64,000 nt of DNA from an uncultured delta proteobacterium. GTDB lineage: Bacteria; Desulfobacterota; RBG-13-43-22. Positions 1-9,831 of the stretch are shown here, piece after piece. The stretch is from positions 576,001 to 640,000 of the forward strand of contig CAWBOS010000006.1 in assembly GCA_963790475.1 (NCBI GenBank). Direction: 5' to 3'. The position numbers were made by a program, and so were the translations under genes. The notes beneath the pieces were generated by a model. That model ran no database searches and had not been told where the DNA came from. It saw only the letters and a list, made by a program, of their open reading frames with translations. The first letter of the stretch is position 1. Each line of letters opens with the position of its first letter.

Positions 1-196
1 CTGACCCTGTTGCCGTGAACTGATTTTAGCTGGAATGCATTTATCCCCGGTCATCAAGATCAATACTGGACAGGTTGCCTTTGCACTTGATTGTATTGAA
101 TTCTTCTGGCCTATGATTAGAGTAAATCAGATTTCCAGGAAACAATCTAACATAAACTTTACCCAAAAAGACAAGGGTTAAGAAGGAGACTTTTCT

Positions 197-1750
197 ATGG
201 TTTGGGAACCAGAAGTAGATGAACTGAAACGTCGACGTCATCTTGCTGAGCAAATGGGAGGTTCGGAAGCTGTCGCCCGTCAACATGCCCGCGGCAAACT
301 GACCGTGAGGGAGAGGGTCGCCGCTTTAGCCGACCCGGCCTCTTTTGAGGAAATAGGGGTCCTGGCCGGAAGCGCCACTTATGATGGCGGTAAACTGGTG
401 GATTTTACCCCGGCAAATTCGGTAGCGGGTTTGTGCAGTTTGAATGGACGAAAGGTTGTTGTCAGCGGTGGGGATTTTACCGTACGGGGCGGGGCGGCAG
501 ACGCATCCGTCGGTCGCAAATCCTATTACGCCCAGGAAATGGCCTATCAGTGGCGTTTGCCTTATATTCGTCTTCTTGACGCCACCGGAGGCAGTGTACG
601 CACCTTTGAGCAGCTTGGCCGTACCTATATTCCCGATAACCCCGGTACGTTCACTGCCCAACGCCTGCTGAGCACGGTACCGGTGGTCTCGGCCGCCTTA
701 GGTTCTGTCGCCGGACTTCCGGCGATAGAGGCCTGTCTCGCCCATTTCAACTTGATGGTTAAAGGAACTACTCAGGTTTTTGCCGGCGGGCCGCCGGTAG
801 TAAAGGCCGCGCTGAATTATGATATTACCAAAGAAGAACTGGGGGATGAACGGACACAGATCTATCAGGGCGGCGTCATTGATAACCTGGCAAAAGATGA
901 AGAAGAGGCCTTCACGATGATTCGGCGTTTTCTCAGTTACCTGCCCGAGAATGTTTGGGAGATGCCGCCGCGTACCGAGCCGACCGACGACCCAAACCGT
1001 CGTGAGGATGAATTGCTTTCCGCCATACCCAGAGAAACAAAAAAGGTGTACGACCCCCACAAGATTCTGAAATATGTCCTTGATAAAGATTCTTTTTTTG
1101 AGATTGCCCCCTTCTATGGGAGGGCACGCGTTATCGGCTTGGCCAGAGTGAATGGCTATCCGGTGGGCGTGATGATCAACAACCCCATGTTTCTGGGTGG
1201 TTCGATGGATGTGGCCGCCGGAGATAAGGTTATCCGTTTCATGCAACTATGCAATACCTTTCATCTGCCCATGGTCTATTTTGCCGATGAGCCCGGATTT
1301 ATGGTCGGCCTCGATGCCCAAAAGCAAGGAGTAGTGCGCGCCGGGGCCAGGGTGGTTTGCGTTCTCTGCGAAACGCAAATGCCCTGGATAAGCTTCATTA
1401 CCCGGCAGCTTTATGGGGTGGCCGGCGGACTTCATCTGCGACCGGGGGGAATGTATCGCCGCTACGCCTGGCCTTCCGTCAACTGGGGTTCCATGCATAT
1501 TGAAGGAGGGGCTACTGCGGCCTACCGTCGTGAGATTCAGGCTGCACCGGACCCTGAAGCCAAACGGGAGGAGATTGAAGGCCGCCTAAAGGCCATAGCT
1601 TCTCCCTTCAGGACCGCCGAGGCCTTTAATATCGAAGATATTATTGATCCACGGGATACCCGGCCGTTACTATGCGGTTTTGTGGAGATGGCCCAAAAAG
1701 AAATAAAGAGGCAACTCGGTCCGGCGCCCGGTTACAGCTACCGTCCCTAA
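197..1750 (+). CDS. Acyl-CoA carboxylase carboxyltransferase (beta) subunit
   Basis: 517 aa; GKLTVRER, DFTVRGGA, GGPPVV, DEPGF and IIDPRDTR motifs; AAGGAG RBS. Confidence 0.9.
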   Translation: MVWEPEVDELKRRRHLAEQMGGSEAVARQHARGKLTVRERVAALADPASFEEIGVLAGSATYDGGKLVDFTPANSVAGLCSLNGRKVVVSGGDFTVRGGAADASVGRKSYYAQEMAYQWRLPYIRLLDATGGSVRTFEQLGRTYIPDNPGTFTAQRLLSTVPVVSAALGSVAGLPAIEACLAHFNLMVKGTTQVFAGGPPVVKAALNYDITKEELGDERTQIYQGGVIDNLAKDEEEAFTMIRRFLSYLPENVWEMPPRTEPTDDPNRREDELLSAIPRETKKVYDPHKILKYVLDKDSFFEIAPFYGRARVIGLARVNGYPVGVMINNPMFLGGSMDVAAGDKVIRFMQLCNTFHLPMVYFADEPGFMVGLDAQKQGVVRAGARVVCVLCETQMPWISFITRQLYGVAGGLHLRPGGMYRRYAWPSVNWGSMHIEGGATAAYRREIQAAPDPEAKREEIEGRLKAIASPFRTAEAFNIEDIIDPRDTRPLLCGFVEMAQKEIKRQLGPAPGYSYRP

Positions 1751-2015
1751 AAACCATAACACCCTTCCGAAGGGAAATTTTCGATCTTAAGGGGATACAG
1801 GGGCGGGAAATATCCCGATAAAAATCCTGTACCCTTTACCGGATTCTAAAAAAATGACAGCGGGGGTCGAGAGCAGACCCCTTTCCCAATTTTTGAGGCA
1901 TTTTATTTCGATCCATGATGCCTCCTTTATATAAAAAAAAGGCCAGGTCTGCCCTTGACCCCTGCTGTAGATTTGAATTCATCTTCTAAAAAAGGTTTTC
2001 CTGAGCGCGGGTTTT

Positions 2016-2693
2016 TTACCATCCTTCGGGGGCATCCGGATTCCAGCCGATACCCAGGAGAGAATCCCCGCGGTCACGGTTCACCTCCCTGAAAGGCAGC
2101 CATTCCTCTTCTTCAACCTTGATGTCCATTTTTGGATATCCGATAGGTTTGCCCTTTCCTACTACTACAAATGTCTCCGGATCCAGGTGAACGCCATACA
2201 GTTCAGCCACACGAAACCCGACCTCTTTGTGCCATTCGGAAGGGGCTTGACCGTATTTGGGGACGACGGTGGGGTTTCCGCGCATGATGCGGAAACTGGC
2301 CGGATGGGCCATACGGCCGCAGGCCAGTGACCTGCTCCCCGTTCTCACCAGACCACTCTCCCTGATGGCCAGGGATTCAAGGTGAGCAAAAAGTCCCAGA
2401 CGTCGATAGCCCGGGGCAATGCAGCATATACCAGCCAGAATAACACATTGGGGTTCGACCATTCGCGGGAGAGGGGTTATGACGGCATCTGCAAGGGCGA
2501 ATCCCACCGCGGTTGCCTGATCGTGGGCCAGGGCCAAAAATCGGAGTGTGGTCAATGACTGGTCGAGGTAACTGTGATTGGCCTGCTCATAGGCCAGATC
2601 GAAAAGGCCATGGATAGTCTGTAGGTCGGTGGTGGTCAATTCAGAAGTTTGAATGACACCGGTATGCAAATTTTGGAGAATCGACGATTTCAC
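2016..2693 (-). CDS. GNAT-fold-like hypothetical protein
   Basis: 225 aa, GTG start; CIAPGYRRLGL resembles the acetyl-CoA-binding motif A. Confidence 0.55.
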   Translation of the reverse strand: MKSSILQNLHTGVIQTSELTTTDLQTIHGLFDLAYEQANHSYLDQSLTTLRFLALAHDQATAVGFALADAVITPLPRMVEPQCVILAGICCIAPGYRRLGLFAHLESLAIRESGLVRTGSRSLACGRMAHPASFRIMRGNPTVVPKYGQAPSEWHKEVGFRVAELYGVHLDPETFVVVGKGKPIGYPKMDIKVEEEEWLPFREVNRDRGDSLLGIGWNPDAPEGW

Positions 2694-2868
2694 CTGTTTT
2701 TCCCCTTGATCCTCTTCTTATCCTATTTTATACTCTTTCCGAGATAAGGCAAGAGCTTAACAAATTGGATAAAGTCTTTTGAAAATTGCATCGGAGAGGT
2801 TATTATTAGGTAGTGGCGTTTTTGTTTCTATTGGCGAGTTTTACTTTAGGTTAAGTCCTCCGACTGCC

Positions 2869-2915
2869 AAATCCTCCCCAGCCCCCCTTTGCTAAAGGGG
2901 GGAGAGGGGGGATTT
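2869..2915. repeat. REP-like palindrome
   Basis: CCCCCCTTT-GCT-AAAGGGGGG core within a larger imperfect inverted repeat (AAATCC...GGATTT), intergenic. Confidence 0.6.
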
Positions 2916-2983
2916 TTATGCTTTCAGATAAATAGGTTGGCGATTTTTTCTGTGCCTTTTCGGATGAGAAAGGAATCTTTAAT

Positions 2984-4051
2984 ATGACACCAAAACGAGT
3001 GGTGGTGATTGAGGGCGATGACGCCGCTCCTGAAGCGGTAAAACCGACTATGGGAATCCTTGACCAACTGAAACTGAACATCGATTGGCTGACCCCTCCC
3101 ATCGGCGATCAAGCCAAGCAACTATACGGCTCAACTTTTCCCGAACAGGCGCGCCGGGCCATCGATGAATCCGATGCCACTTTTTTCGGGGCGGCCAGCG
3201 GTAAGAGCACGGCCGCTTTGTTTTATCTGCGCTTCGGCAAACGTACCTATGCCAATGTGCGGCCGGTAAAATGGCTGCCGGGATTCAAAAGCCCCCTGGC
3301 CGATCCCAAAGGCCTGGACCTGGTGATTATCAGGGAAAATTTAGAAGACCTCTACCTTGGGGTGGAGGGTGAGATCACGGACCTGGATTCTTTAAACCTG
3401 ATCAGCCCCTTCACCAAAGAGAGAATTTCGGACATGGCCCCCGGCCGCTACGCGCTCAAAGTCATCACCGAAAAAGGGACTGCCCGGGTAACCCGGTTTG
3501 CCTTTGAACTGGCTCGAAAACGAAAAGGGCAGGGTCATCCCGGCAAGGTGACTTGCGCTACCAAGCACAATATGCTTTTCCGGAGTGACGGTTTTTTCAG
3601 GGAGGTGGCCCAAAAAATCGCCAAGTCCTACCCGGACATTGTCTTTGAAAGCCTGATTGTGGATGATTTCGCCCACCGGCTGGCCGCTAATCCCCAACAA
3701 TTTGATGTGGCGGTTATGCCCAACTTATATGGGGATATACTATCGGATATGGCCGGGGGCCTGATTGGAGGATTAGGACTGGCCCCCAGCGGCTGTTATG
3801 GTGATGACTACGCCTACTTCGAACCGGTGCACGGCACTGCACCGGATATTGCCGGAAAAAATATTATCAATCCTACAGCGACGATTCTTTCCGCAGCGAT
3901 GATGTTGGACTATTTGGGATTTAAACCGGAGGCCGAACGGATCGAGAAGGCTGTCGAAAAGGTTTACGCCGAAGGCCGCACCCTTCCTCGGGATCAGGGC
4001 GGATCGGCCACCACTGATGAATTCGCCGCTGCGGTCAAAGACTATTTGTGA
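2984..4051 (+). CDS. Isocitrate/isopropylmalate dehydrogenase family protein
   Basis: 355 aa; IIRENLED, NLYGDILSD, FEPVHGTAPDIAGK. Confidence 0.9.
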   Translation: MTPKRVVVIEGDDAAPEAVKPTMGILDQLKLNIDWLTPPIGDQAKQLYGSTFPEQARRAIDESDATFFGAASGKSTAALFYLRFGKRTYANVRPVKWLPGFKSPLADPKGLDLVIIRENLEDLYLGVEGEITDLDSLNLISPFTKERISDMAPGRYALKVITEKGTARVTRFAFELARKRKGQGHPGKVTCATKHNMLFRSDGFFREVAQKIAKSYPDIVFESLIVDDFAHRLAANPQQFDVAVMPNLYGDILSDMAGGLIGGLGLAPSGCYGDDYAYFEPVHGTAPDIAGKNIINPTATILSAAMMLDYLGFKPEAERIEKAVEKVYAEGRTLPRDQGGSATTDEFAAAVKDYL

Positions 4052-4171
4052 CCCTTCTACCGATCACTCCCTTCGACCGAGGCGGAGGTGACCATCTCGC
4101 TGCAATTCTTTAGGACCGCTGTAATAACGGTCATAGCCAGGAATTAACCACCTATGTGACAGGAGGTATTT

Positions 4172-5596
4172 ATGAAAGAGGTCTTCGCCTATTTTCTTAC
4201 TTTCCTGCTCTTGTTTTTTACATCAGTTCCTCTGATGGCCCTGGAGAGGCAGACCAGCACCCAGGAAGACCAGACTGCACTGGAAATAACAGTTTACAAC
4301 AGCAATCTGGGACTGGTTAAGGATCAAAGGCAAATAAAATTGGGGAGCGGGATACAGGAACTCAAGTTTATGGATGTGGCTTCCCAAATCATTCCCACCA
4401 GCGTCAGCATAAAATCCTTTCAGGAAGGCGATCCTTTTACGGTCCTGGAACAAAATTATGAATATGACCTGTTAAGCCCCAGGAAGCTGCTGGATAAGTA
4501 TGTGGGCAAGGAGGTTAAACTTTTTACCAAAAACCCCTATACCGAGAGGGAGGAAGTGGTTTCAGCCACCTTGCTGGCCAATAATGAGAACCAACCGGTA
4601 TTTCAAATCGGGCGGGATATCACCTTTAATCATCCGGGCCGGATCCTTTTTCCGGAAATCCCCAAGGATCTCATCTCCAAACCTACTTTGATTTGGCTGT
4701 TGAAAAATAGCGTGACCCATCCGCAAAAGATTGAGGCCCTCTATCTGACCAACGGTATCAACTGGAAATCGGATTATGTTCTGGTCCTGAATGCAGAGGA
4801 TACCCAGGCCGATTTATCGGGCTGGGTGACTATCGATAACAAAAGCGGCGCCACTTATCCAAATGCCGGTCTTAAGTTAGTGGCCGGGGACATCAACCGG
4901 GTTCAGGAAGATTTTCAAAGGGCCAAGAAGGCCATGGCCGCCCCCAGGGAGGCCGCGGCCCCCCAGTTTAGGGAGGAATCGTTCTTTGAATATCATATCT
5001 ATTCTCTGGAGAGGAAGACGACCCTGAAAGAAAATCAGACCAAACAGATCAGTCTTTTGAATGCGGACCGAATTCCAGTATCCAAGGAATTTATCTATCG
5101 AGGTTCCTCTTATTATTATCGGAACAAACAGGGGGAAATCATCACCAACCAGAAAGTCGGGGTCTTTATCCAAATCTCCAATTCCAAAGACCACCATCTG
5201 GGGATGCCCTTGCCCAAAGGGACGGTTCGGGCCTATAAACGGGATTCGGACGGCAGTCTCCAGTTGGTCGGAGAAGACTTGATCGACCATACCCCGAAAG
5301 ATGAAAAGATCAGGCTCAAACTGGGGGAGGCCTTTGATCTAAAGGCGGAAAGAAAACAGATCCAGTGGGAAAAAATCGCTTCCGACACCTATGAATCGGC
5401 TTATGAGGTTACTCTTCGCAACCACAAGAAAGAAGATGTGGTTATCCGGGTGATTGAGCCTTTACCAGGAGACTGGAAGGTTCTGGAGAATTCGCAGGCC
5501 TATACCAAGCTCGATGCCTCAACCATCGCCTTTGACGTACCGGTCCCCAAAGACAAGGAAAGCAAGCTCAAATATCGAGTTAGGGTTAGATTCTGA
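4172..5596 (+). CDS. DUF4139-family exported protein
   Basis: 474 aa; signal peptide; ITVYNSNLGLVKD, EQNYEYDL, LGMPLPKG; AGGAGG RBS. Confidence 0.8.
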   Translation: MKEVFAYFLTFLLLFFTSVPLMALERQTSTQEDQTALEITVYNSNLGLVKDQRQIKLGSGIQELKFMDVASQIIPTSVSIKSFQEGDPFTVLEQNYEYDLLSPRKLLDKYVGKEVKLFTKNPYTEREEVVSATLLANNENQPVFQIGRDITFNHPGRILFPEIPKDLISKPTLIWLLKNSVTHPQKIEALYLTNGINWKSDYVLVLNAEDTQADLSGWVTIDNKSGATYPNAGLKLVAGDINRVQEDFQRAKKAMAAPREAAAPQFREESFFEYHIYSLERKTTLKENQTKQISLLNADRIPVSKEFIYRGSSYYYRNKQGEIITNQKVGVFIQISNSKDHHLGMPLPKGTVRAYKRDSDGSLQLVGEDLIDHTPKDEKIRLKLGEAFDLKAERKQIQWEKIASDTYESAYEVTLRNHKKEDVVIRVIEPLPGDWKVLENSQAYTKLDASTIAFDVPVPKDKESKLKYRVRVRF

Positions 5597-5626
5597 TGAC
5601 CCCTAAAAAGTAGTCGCCAAGCCCTG

Positions 5627-5704
5627 CCCCGGAAAGTTTCAATCCGGGGGTGAAAACCGGTCCCGCCAAAGGCGGGATGGATTCCGACTTTCGTCGGAAT
5701 GACG
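5627..5704. repeat. REP-like hairpin cluster
   Basis: Three hairpins, including ATTCCGAC-TTTC-GTCGGAAT-GAC; related unit at 46119-46196; lies between convergent genes. Confidence 0.65.
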
Positions 5705-5773
5705 ACAATGGTCTTTCGGTGATTTTGGGGCCGTATCTACGAAAAAAACCTCAGGAGATATAAGGACGCCCCC

Positions 5774-6052
5774 TCAGATCCTTTTGGTCCTCTCCAGCTT
5801 CATGGTCACCAGATTGTAGGAATCAGGGCATTGGGCCTGAATAGTATCGCCTTGCCACCAGGGGAGATTTCCTCCAAACTGGAAAGTGGATAGATTGGGA
5901 AAGATGTCATGATAAAAGTAGCCGCACAAGCCGGCCGGGTTGTGACAACTGATCTCAAAGGTTTCACCCACTTGATGCCCGGCACTGCATTTCCCCTTCA
6001 CCCCGGTAATAGTGGCTACCACCTTTTGTCCGATGCCTGGATCTTTAGCCAT
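5774..6052 (-). CDS. TIGR04076-family small Cys-rich protein
   Basis: 92 aa; GKCSAGHQVGE, GLCG, FGG..PW, QCPD pattern. Confidence 0.8.
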   Translation of the reverse strand: MAKDPGIGQKVVATITGVKGKCSAGHQVGETFEISCHNPAGLCGYFYHDIFPNLSTFQFGGNLPWWQGDTIQAQCPDSYNLVTMKLERTKRI

Positions 6053-6075
6053 TTACTGTATCTCCTTTCCGATCG

Positions 6076-6098
6076 ATTGAACATTTTTCAAAGGTCTC
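6076..6098. mobile_element. Solo MITE terminal repeat
   Basis: TTTTTCAAAGGTCTC is the exact reverse complement of GAGACCTTTGAAAAA at 53547. Confidence 0.55.
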
Positions 6099-6146
6099 CA
6101 TTAGTGGTGAAAATAGTAAGAAATTAAAGCGGAGTTGTCAATCTAG

Positions 6147-7016
6147 TTATAACCCCCGCATCCATTCCGGTCTCAAGCCCACTCCGCCTTGAATGGCCTT
6201 CTGGATCAAGGCCAGGGCCGGTTCCTTGCCCCCCGGGTACCGGACCTTTATGGGCAGGTAGTTGGAGGCATGATTGGAATAAAAAAGCCCACGGGATAGC
6301 TGGGTGGCGGCCACCATTTCACCCAACTCGGTTAAAAGCTGGGGAACTGTAAGGGGTTGAAATTTTCCTCCGGCATAGTCCTGCCCCAATAAAGTATTCG
6401 GCAGCACCATGACCGTTAAGGCCCCCACAAAATCAGGGTCCATTTCGGTCAACAACGAACCCGTTTCCCGAGCGTGCTCCAGAGACATATCCGGACCGGC
6501 AATGCCCAACAATACTGTGACCGAAAGTTTGATCCCGGCCTTTTTTATGCGCCTTCCCTGAAGGATCAAATTCTCCCGGGAGGTCCCTTTGCAGATGGTT
6601 TTAAGGAGTTCCGGATGACCGGTCTCCACTCCCAGATAAACAATCCCCAGGCCCAGCCCTTTCAGGTGTTTTAATTCCTCATCGCTTTTCATGCGGATGC
6701 TTTTGGCATTGGCGTAAAGCCCGACCCTCTTCACCCAGGGCAAATGTTCCCTAATCCGTTCCAGGATCCAAACCAGCCGTTTTTGGGGGATGATCAGGGC
6801 ATCTCCATCCATGAGAAAAACCTTGTCCTGTCTCCTGCAATACCTCGACGCAAAGCGAATGTCTTTCAAAATCCGCTCGTCCGTCTTTATCCGAAAGCGT
6901 TTGTCCTTATATGTTCCACAAAAAGAACACTTGTTATGAGAACAGCCCACGGTGACCTGGAGAAGGATACTGAAGGCTTCACTGGGGGGGCGGATGACCG
7001 TTCCCTCATAATCCAT
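6147..7016 (-). CDS. Radical SAM protein
   Basis: CSHNKCSFC (CxxxCxxC); N-terminal YEGTVIRPPSEA; C-terminal SNHASNY; start placed at MDYEG after GAGG. Confidence 0.9.
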   Translation of the reverse strand: MDYEGTVIRPPSEAFSILLQVTVGCSHNKCSFCGTYKDKRFRIKTDERILKDIRFASRYCRRQDKVFLMDGDALIIPQKRLVWILERIREHLPWVKRVGLYANAKSIRMKSDEELKHLKGLGLGIVYLGVETGHPELLKTICKGTSRENLILQGRRIKKAGIKLSVTVLLGIAGPDMSLEHARETGSLLTEMDPDFVGALTVMVLPNTLLGQDYAGGKFQPLTVPQLLTELGEMVAATQLSRGLFYSNHASNYLPIKVRYPGGKEPALALIQKAIQGGVGLRPEWMRGL

Positions 7017-7160
7017 TTCCTCTTCTTGAACTTCAGACATCGAGAACCCTCAATAATTTTTAGGAATCTATAATATTTTCGTTAGTTGGACACAAAAAGT
7101 ATGATCGATTCCATAAATAAAATCAACTTTTTTCACGATGGTATGGCTGGTTATCAAATG

Positions 7161-7401
7161 CTTTTTTGCCACAGACCCGCACGGACAAAAGCCGGACAGA
7201 AGCTTATCTCTCACAGAGCGCACAGAGACACAGGAACCAATCTTTTCATTGCGGTTGAGAGGACCGCAATGAAAAACAAGCTCGGCGCTGATGCGCACAC
7301 TGACCGAAGGCCTGAGGGGTTATGAAAAATCGGCCTCTCCCCGATTTTTCATGAAATATGGTCGTCTTCCTCTTGTCCTGCCTTTGTCGGTGGCAAAAAA
7401 G
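7161..7401. repeat. ~240-bp structured intergenic element (MITE-like) with terminal IR and two internal hairpins
   Basis: TIR CTTTTTTGCCACAGAC / GTCGGTGGCAAAAAAG (15/16); 13-bp hairpin at 7243-7275; 12-bp hairpin at 7322-7352; CACAGAG short repeats. Confidence 0.65.
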
Positions 7402-7442
7402 AAATTGTTTTTCTTTTTTCAAAACCGCTTTGGGTAAAAAAA

Positions 7443-8195
7443 TCAGATTTCCTGCAGGAGAGAAAGGAAGGCATCCCAGTCGGAGACCCGGAGGACCCCT
7501 TGGCTGAGAATTTCATCCGACTCGGAGGTGAGGCCGGGTATGCTTGGTAAATGGTTGTCCTGCACATAGGTCATCCAGACCGGTCTGAGGCCGGATTGGG
7601 TAGCCCCAAGGACATCGGGGTCCAGTGAGTCGCCCACATACAAGATTTGATGTTTTTCAAATCCGAGATTTTCCGCCAGCATCTCAAAGACCAGGGGATG
7701 GGGTTTCCGATACCCTATCTCCCCTGAGACCAGGACCGTTTCAAAGAAAGGCGCCAGCCCCAACTGATCGAGAAGACCCGCAACCGCCGGAGCGTGGGTA
7801 AAGTTGGACAGAAGTCCCAGACGGTAATGCCCTTGGAGTTGGTTAAGCATTTCGACTGTCTTGGGAATGGGCCGACAATAATCAAAGAAAGCCGAAAAAT
7901 AGGCCTCCACTGCTTTGGAAATGGAGGCATCATCCGGAGCGACGCTTTGCCCCAGAGAGTTCAAGGCGGCGCTTATCCAGAAACGATTATGCGTCTCTTT
8001 TCCATTAGACTTGCTTTCGGTGACGAACCGTATGGCCGCTTCCCGATAGGCCTTCCGGAAGGGGTCCGGTTCAAAGGTGATTCCGCTCCGTTCAAGGCTT
8101 CCGGTCAGCCGCTGCATGGCTTCACCCAGTGCCCCCGGATCGGCGGTAATCAGGGTATTGAACAGATCGAAGCCGATGGCTTTTATAGTATTCAT
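7443..8195 (-). CDS. HAD-family hydrolase
   Basis: FDLFNTL, LSN, RKPHP, VGDS..DV motifs. Confidence 0.9.
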   Translation of the reverse strand: MNTIKAIGFDLFNTLITADPGALGEAMQRLTGSLERSGITFEPDPFRKAYREAAIRFVTESKSNGKETHNRFWISAALNSLGQSVAPDDASISKAVEAYFSAFFDYCRPIPKTVEMLNQLQGHYRLGLLSNFTHAPAVAGLLDQLGLAPFFETVLVSGEIGYRKPHPLVFEMLAENLGFEKHQILYVGDSLDPDVLGATQSGLRPVWMTYVQDNHLPSIPGLTSESDEILSQGVLRVSDWDAFLSLLQEI

Positions 8196-8351
8196 GGATT
8201 TCTTTTTATAAGAAAGAAAGGGAAAAGGCAAGACCTTTAGATTAAAGTAATGATAAAAGTAATGATTGACTCCTGTTGCGCTTACCGATAATATTTGGCA
8301 TTAAAAAAAAAGAAAACCCATCTTCCTTATTATTCTTCAATCCAAAGCAAA

Positions 8352-9821
8352 ATGGTTTTCAGCTCACTCCTTTTCCTTTTTTTATTCTTGCCCATCATTG
8401 CAACCGCCCATTTTATTACTTGGAAAAAAGGACGCAATTTTTTTCTGTTGGCGGCAAGCCTCTTCTTTTATACCTGGGGCGAAAAGCAGTTTATCCTGGT
8501 TATTCTTGTTTCCATCCTATTCAATTATCTCCTGGCCATCCTGATGGACACTTTCCTGAAATCACAGCCGGCGAAATCAAGAGGAGCCAAGATCGTTTTA
8601 TGTATCGCCGTTATCTTCAATATTGGAATGCTGGGCTTTTTCAAATACACCAATTTTTTTTTGGTGAATTTCAACAGGATCATCCATTCGTTGGGACTAT
8701 CCTATACCTTCACCTTTTCGATCCTCCACCTGCCCCTTGGCATCTCTTTTTTTACCTTTAGGGCACTATCCTACATAATTGATGTCTACAAGCGGAGGGT
8801 GACCTGTTCGAAGAATCTGGTGACCCTGTCTCTCTACCTGTCCTTTTTCCCTTTAGCCATAGCCGGTCCCATTGTCCGTTATAGCGAAATGGCTGCTCAG
8901 CTGGTAAAACGGGTTATTACCCCGGAGACGTTCTTGATTGGAATGAGGCGATTCATTATCGGACTAGGCAAGAAATGTCTGATCGCCAATACAATGGCTT
9001 CCGTTGTCGACCGGATATTTGCCCTATCCCCCGACCGGATACCCTGGGAAATCGCCTGGCTGGGAATCCTTGGTTATACCCTTCAGATCTATTTTGATTT
9101 TTCGGGCTACTCCGACATGGCGATCGGCCTAGGCAGGATGTTTGGTTTCGACTTCCTGGAAAACTTCAATTACCCTTATATCTCCCAGTCCATCAGAGAG
9201 TTCTGGAGGAGATGGCACATTTCCCTATCCACCTGGTTTCGAGATTACCTCTATATCCCCTTAGGCGGAAATCGTGTCCAGCCCTACAGGATATATAGAA
9301 ACCTGATCATCGTCTTCCTGCTCTGCGGGTTGTGGCATGGTGCCCAGTGGACTTTCGTTATCTGGGGGCTGTGGCATGGATTTTTTATTGTTTTGGAGCA
9401 TCTTGGATTCGGCAGGCTGATCGATTCATTGTGGAAACCTTTGAGACATCTGTATGCCCTGCTGGTCGTCATCTTCGGTTGGGTATTCTTCCGTTCGGAA
9501 TCTCTATCCTATGCCATGGCCTATTTTCAGACTTTGTTGGGGTTGACGAAGGGAAACGGGTTGGAATATCCCCTGGCTTTATTTATGAATAGGGAAATTG
9601 CCGCAGCCCTCTGTGCCGGTGTGATCTTTTCCGCACCGGTTGTAGCTTTTGCCGACCGGCTGAAAAAGAAGGTTCTCACTCGATCCGGTACATTTTGCAT
9701 TGGGTTTGTAGATAATGGAGTCTCCATCGGATATGCGATTATTTTGGGGGTTATTCTTGCCGCATCAGTCATGTCATTAGCCGGTGGAACCTATAATCCC
9801 TTCATCTATTTCAGATTTTGA
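8352..9821 (+). CDS. algI: MBOAT-family O-acyltransferase (AlgI/PatA-like)
   Basis: MVFSSLLFLF start, LPLGISFFTF, YFDFSGYSDMA, FWRRWHISLS, GLWHGA, NPFIYFRF. Confidence 0.85.
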   Translation: MVFSSLLFLFLFLPIIATAHFITWKKGRNFFLLAASLFFYTWGEKQFILVILVSILFNYLLAILMDTFLKSQPAKSRGAKIVLCIAVIFNIGMLGFFKYTNFFLVNFNRIIHSLGLSYTFTFSILHLPLGISFFTFRALSYIIDVYKRRVTCSKNLVTLSLYLSFFPLAIAGPIVRYSEMAAQLVKRVITPETFLIGMRRFIIGLGKKCLIANTMASVVDRIFALSPDRIPWEIAWLGILGYTLQIYFDFSGYSDMAIGLGRMFGFDFLENFNYPYISQSIREFWRRWHISLSTWFRDYLYIPLGGNRVQPYRIYRNLIIVFLLCGLWHGAQWTFVIWGLWHGFFIVLEHLGFGRLIDSLWKPLRHLYALLVVIFGWVFFRSESLSYAMAYFQTLLGLTKGNGLEYPLALFMNREIAAALCAGVIFSAPVVAFADRLKKKVLTRSGTFCIGFVDNGVSIGYAIILGVILAASVMSLAGGTYNPFIYFRF

Positions 9822-9831
9822 TGGGTCGAGG

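Noticed and set aside
1826-1930. AAGGAGG-ATG followed by a 30-codon minus-strand ORF (MDRNKMPQKLG...)
   Set aside because: Probably another gene stub, but no family recognisable
2814-2829. TGGCGT-N5-TTTCT as a sigma54 promoter
   Set aside because: Lacks the invariant GC at -12
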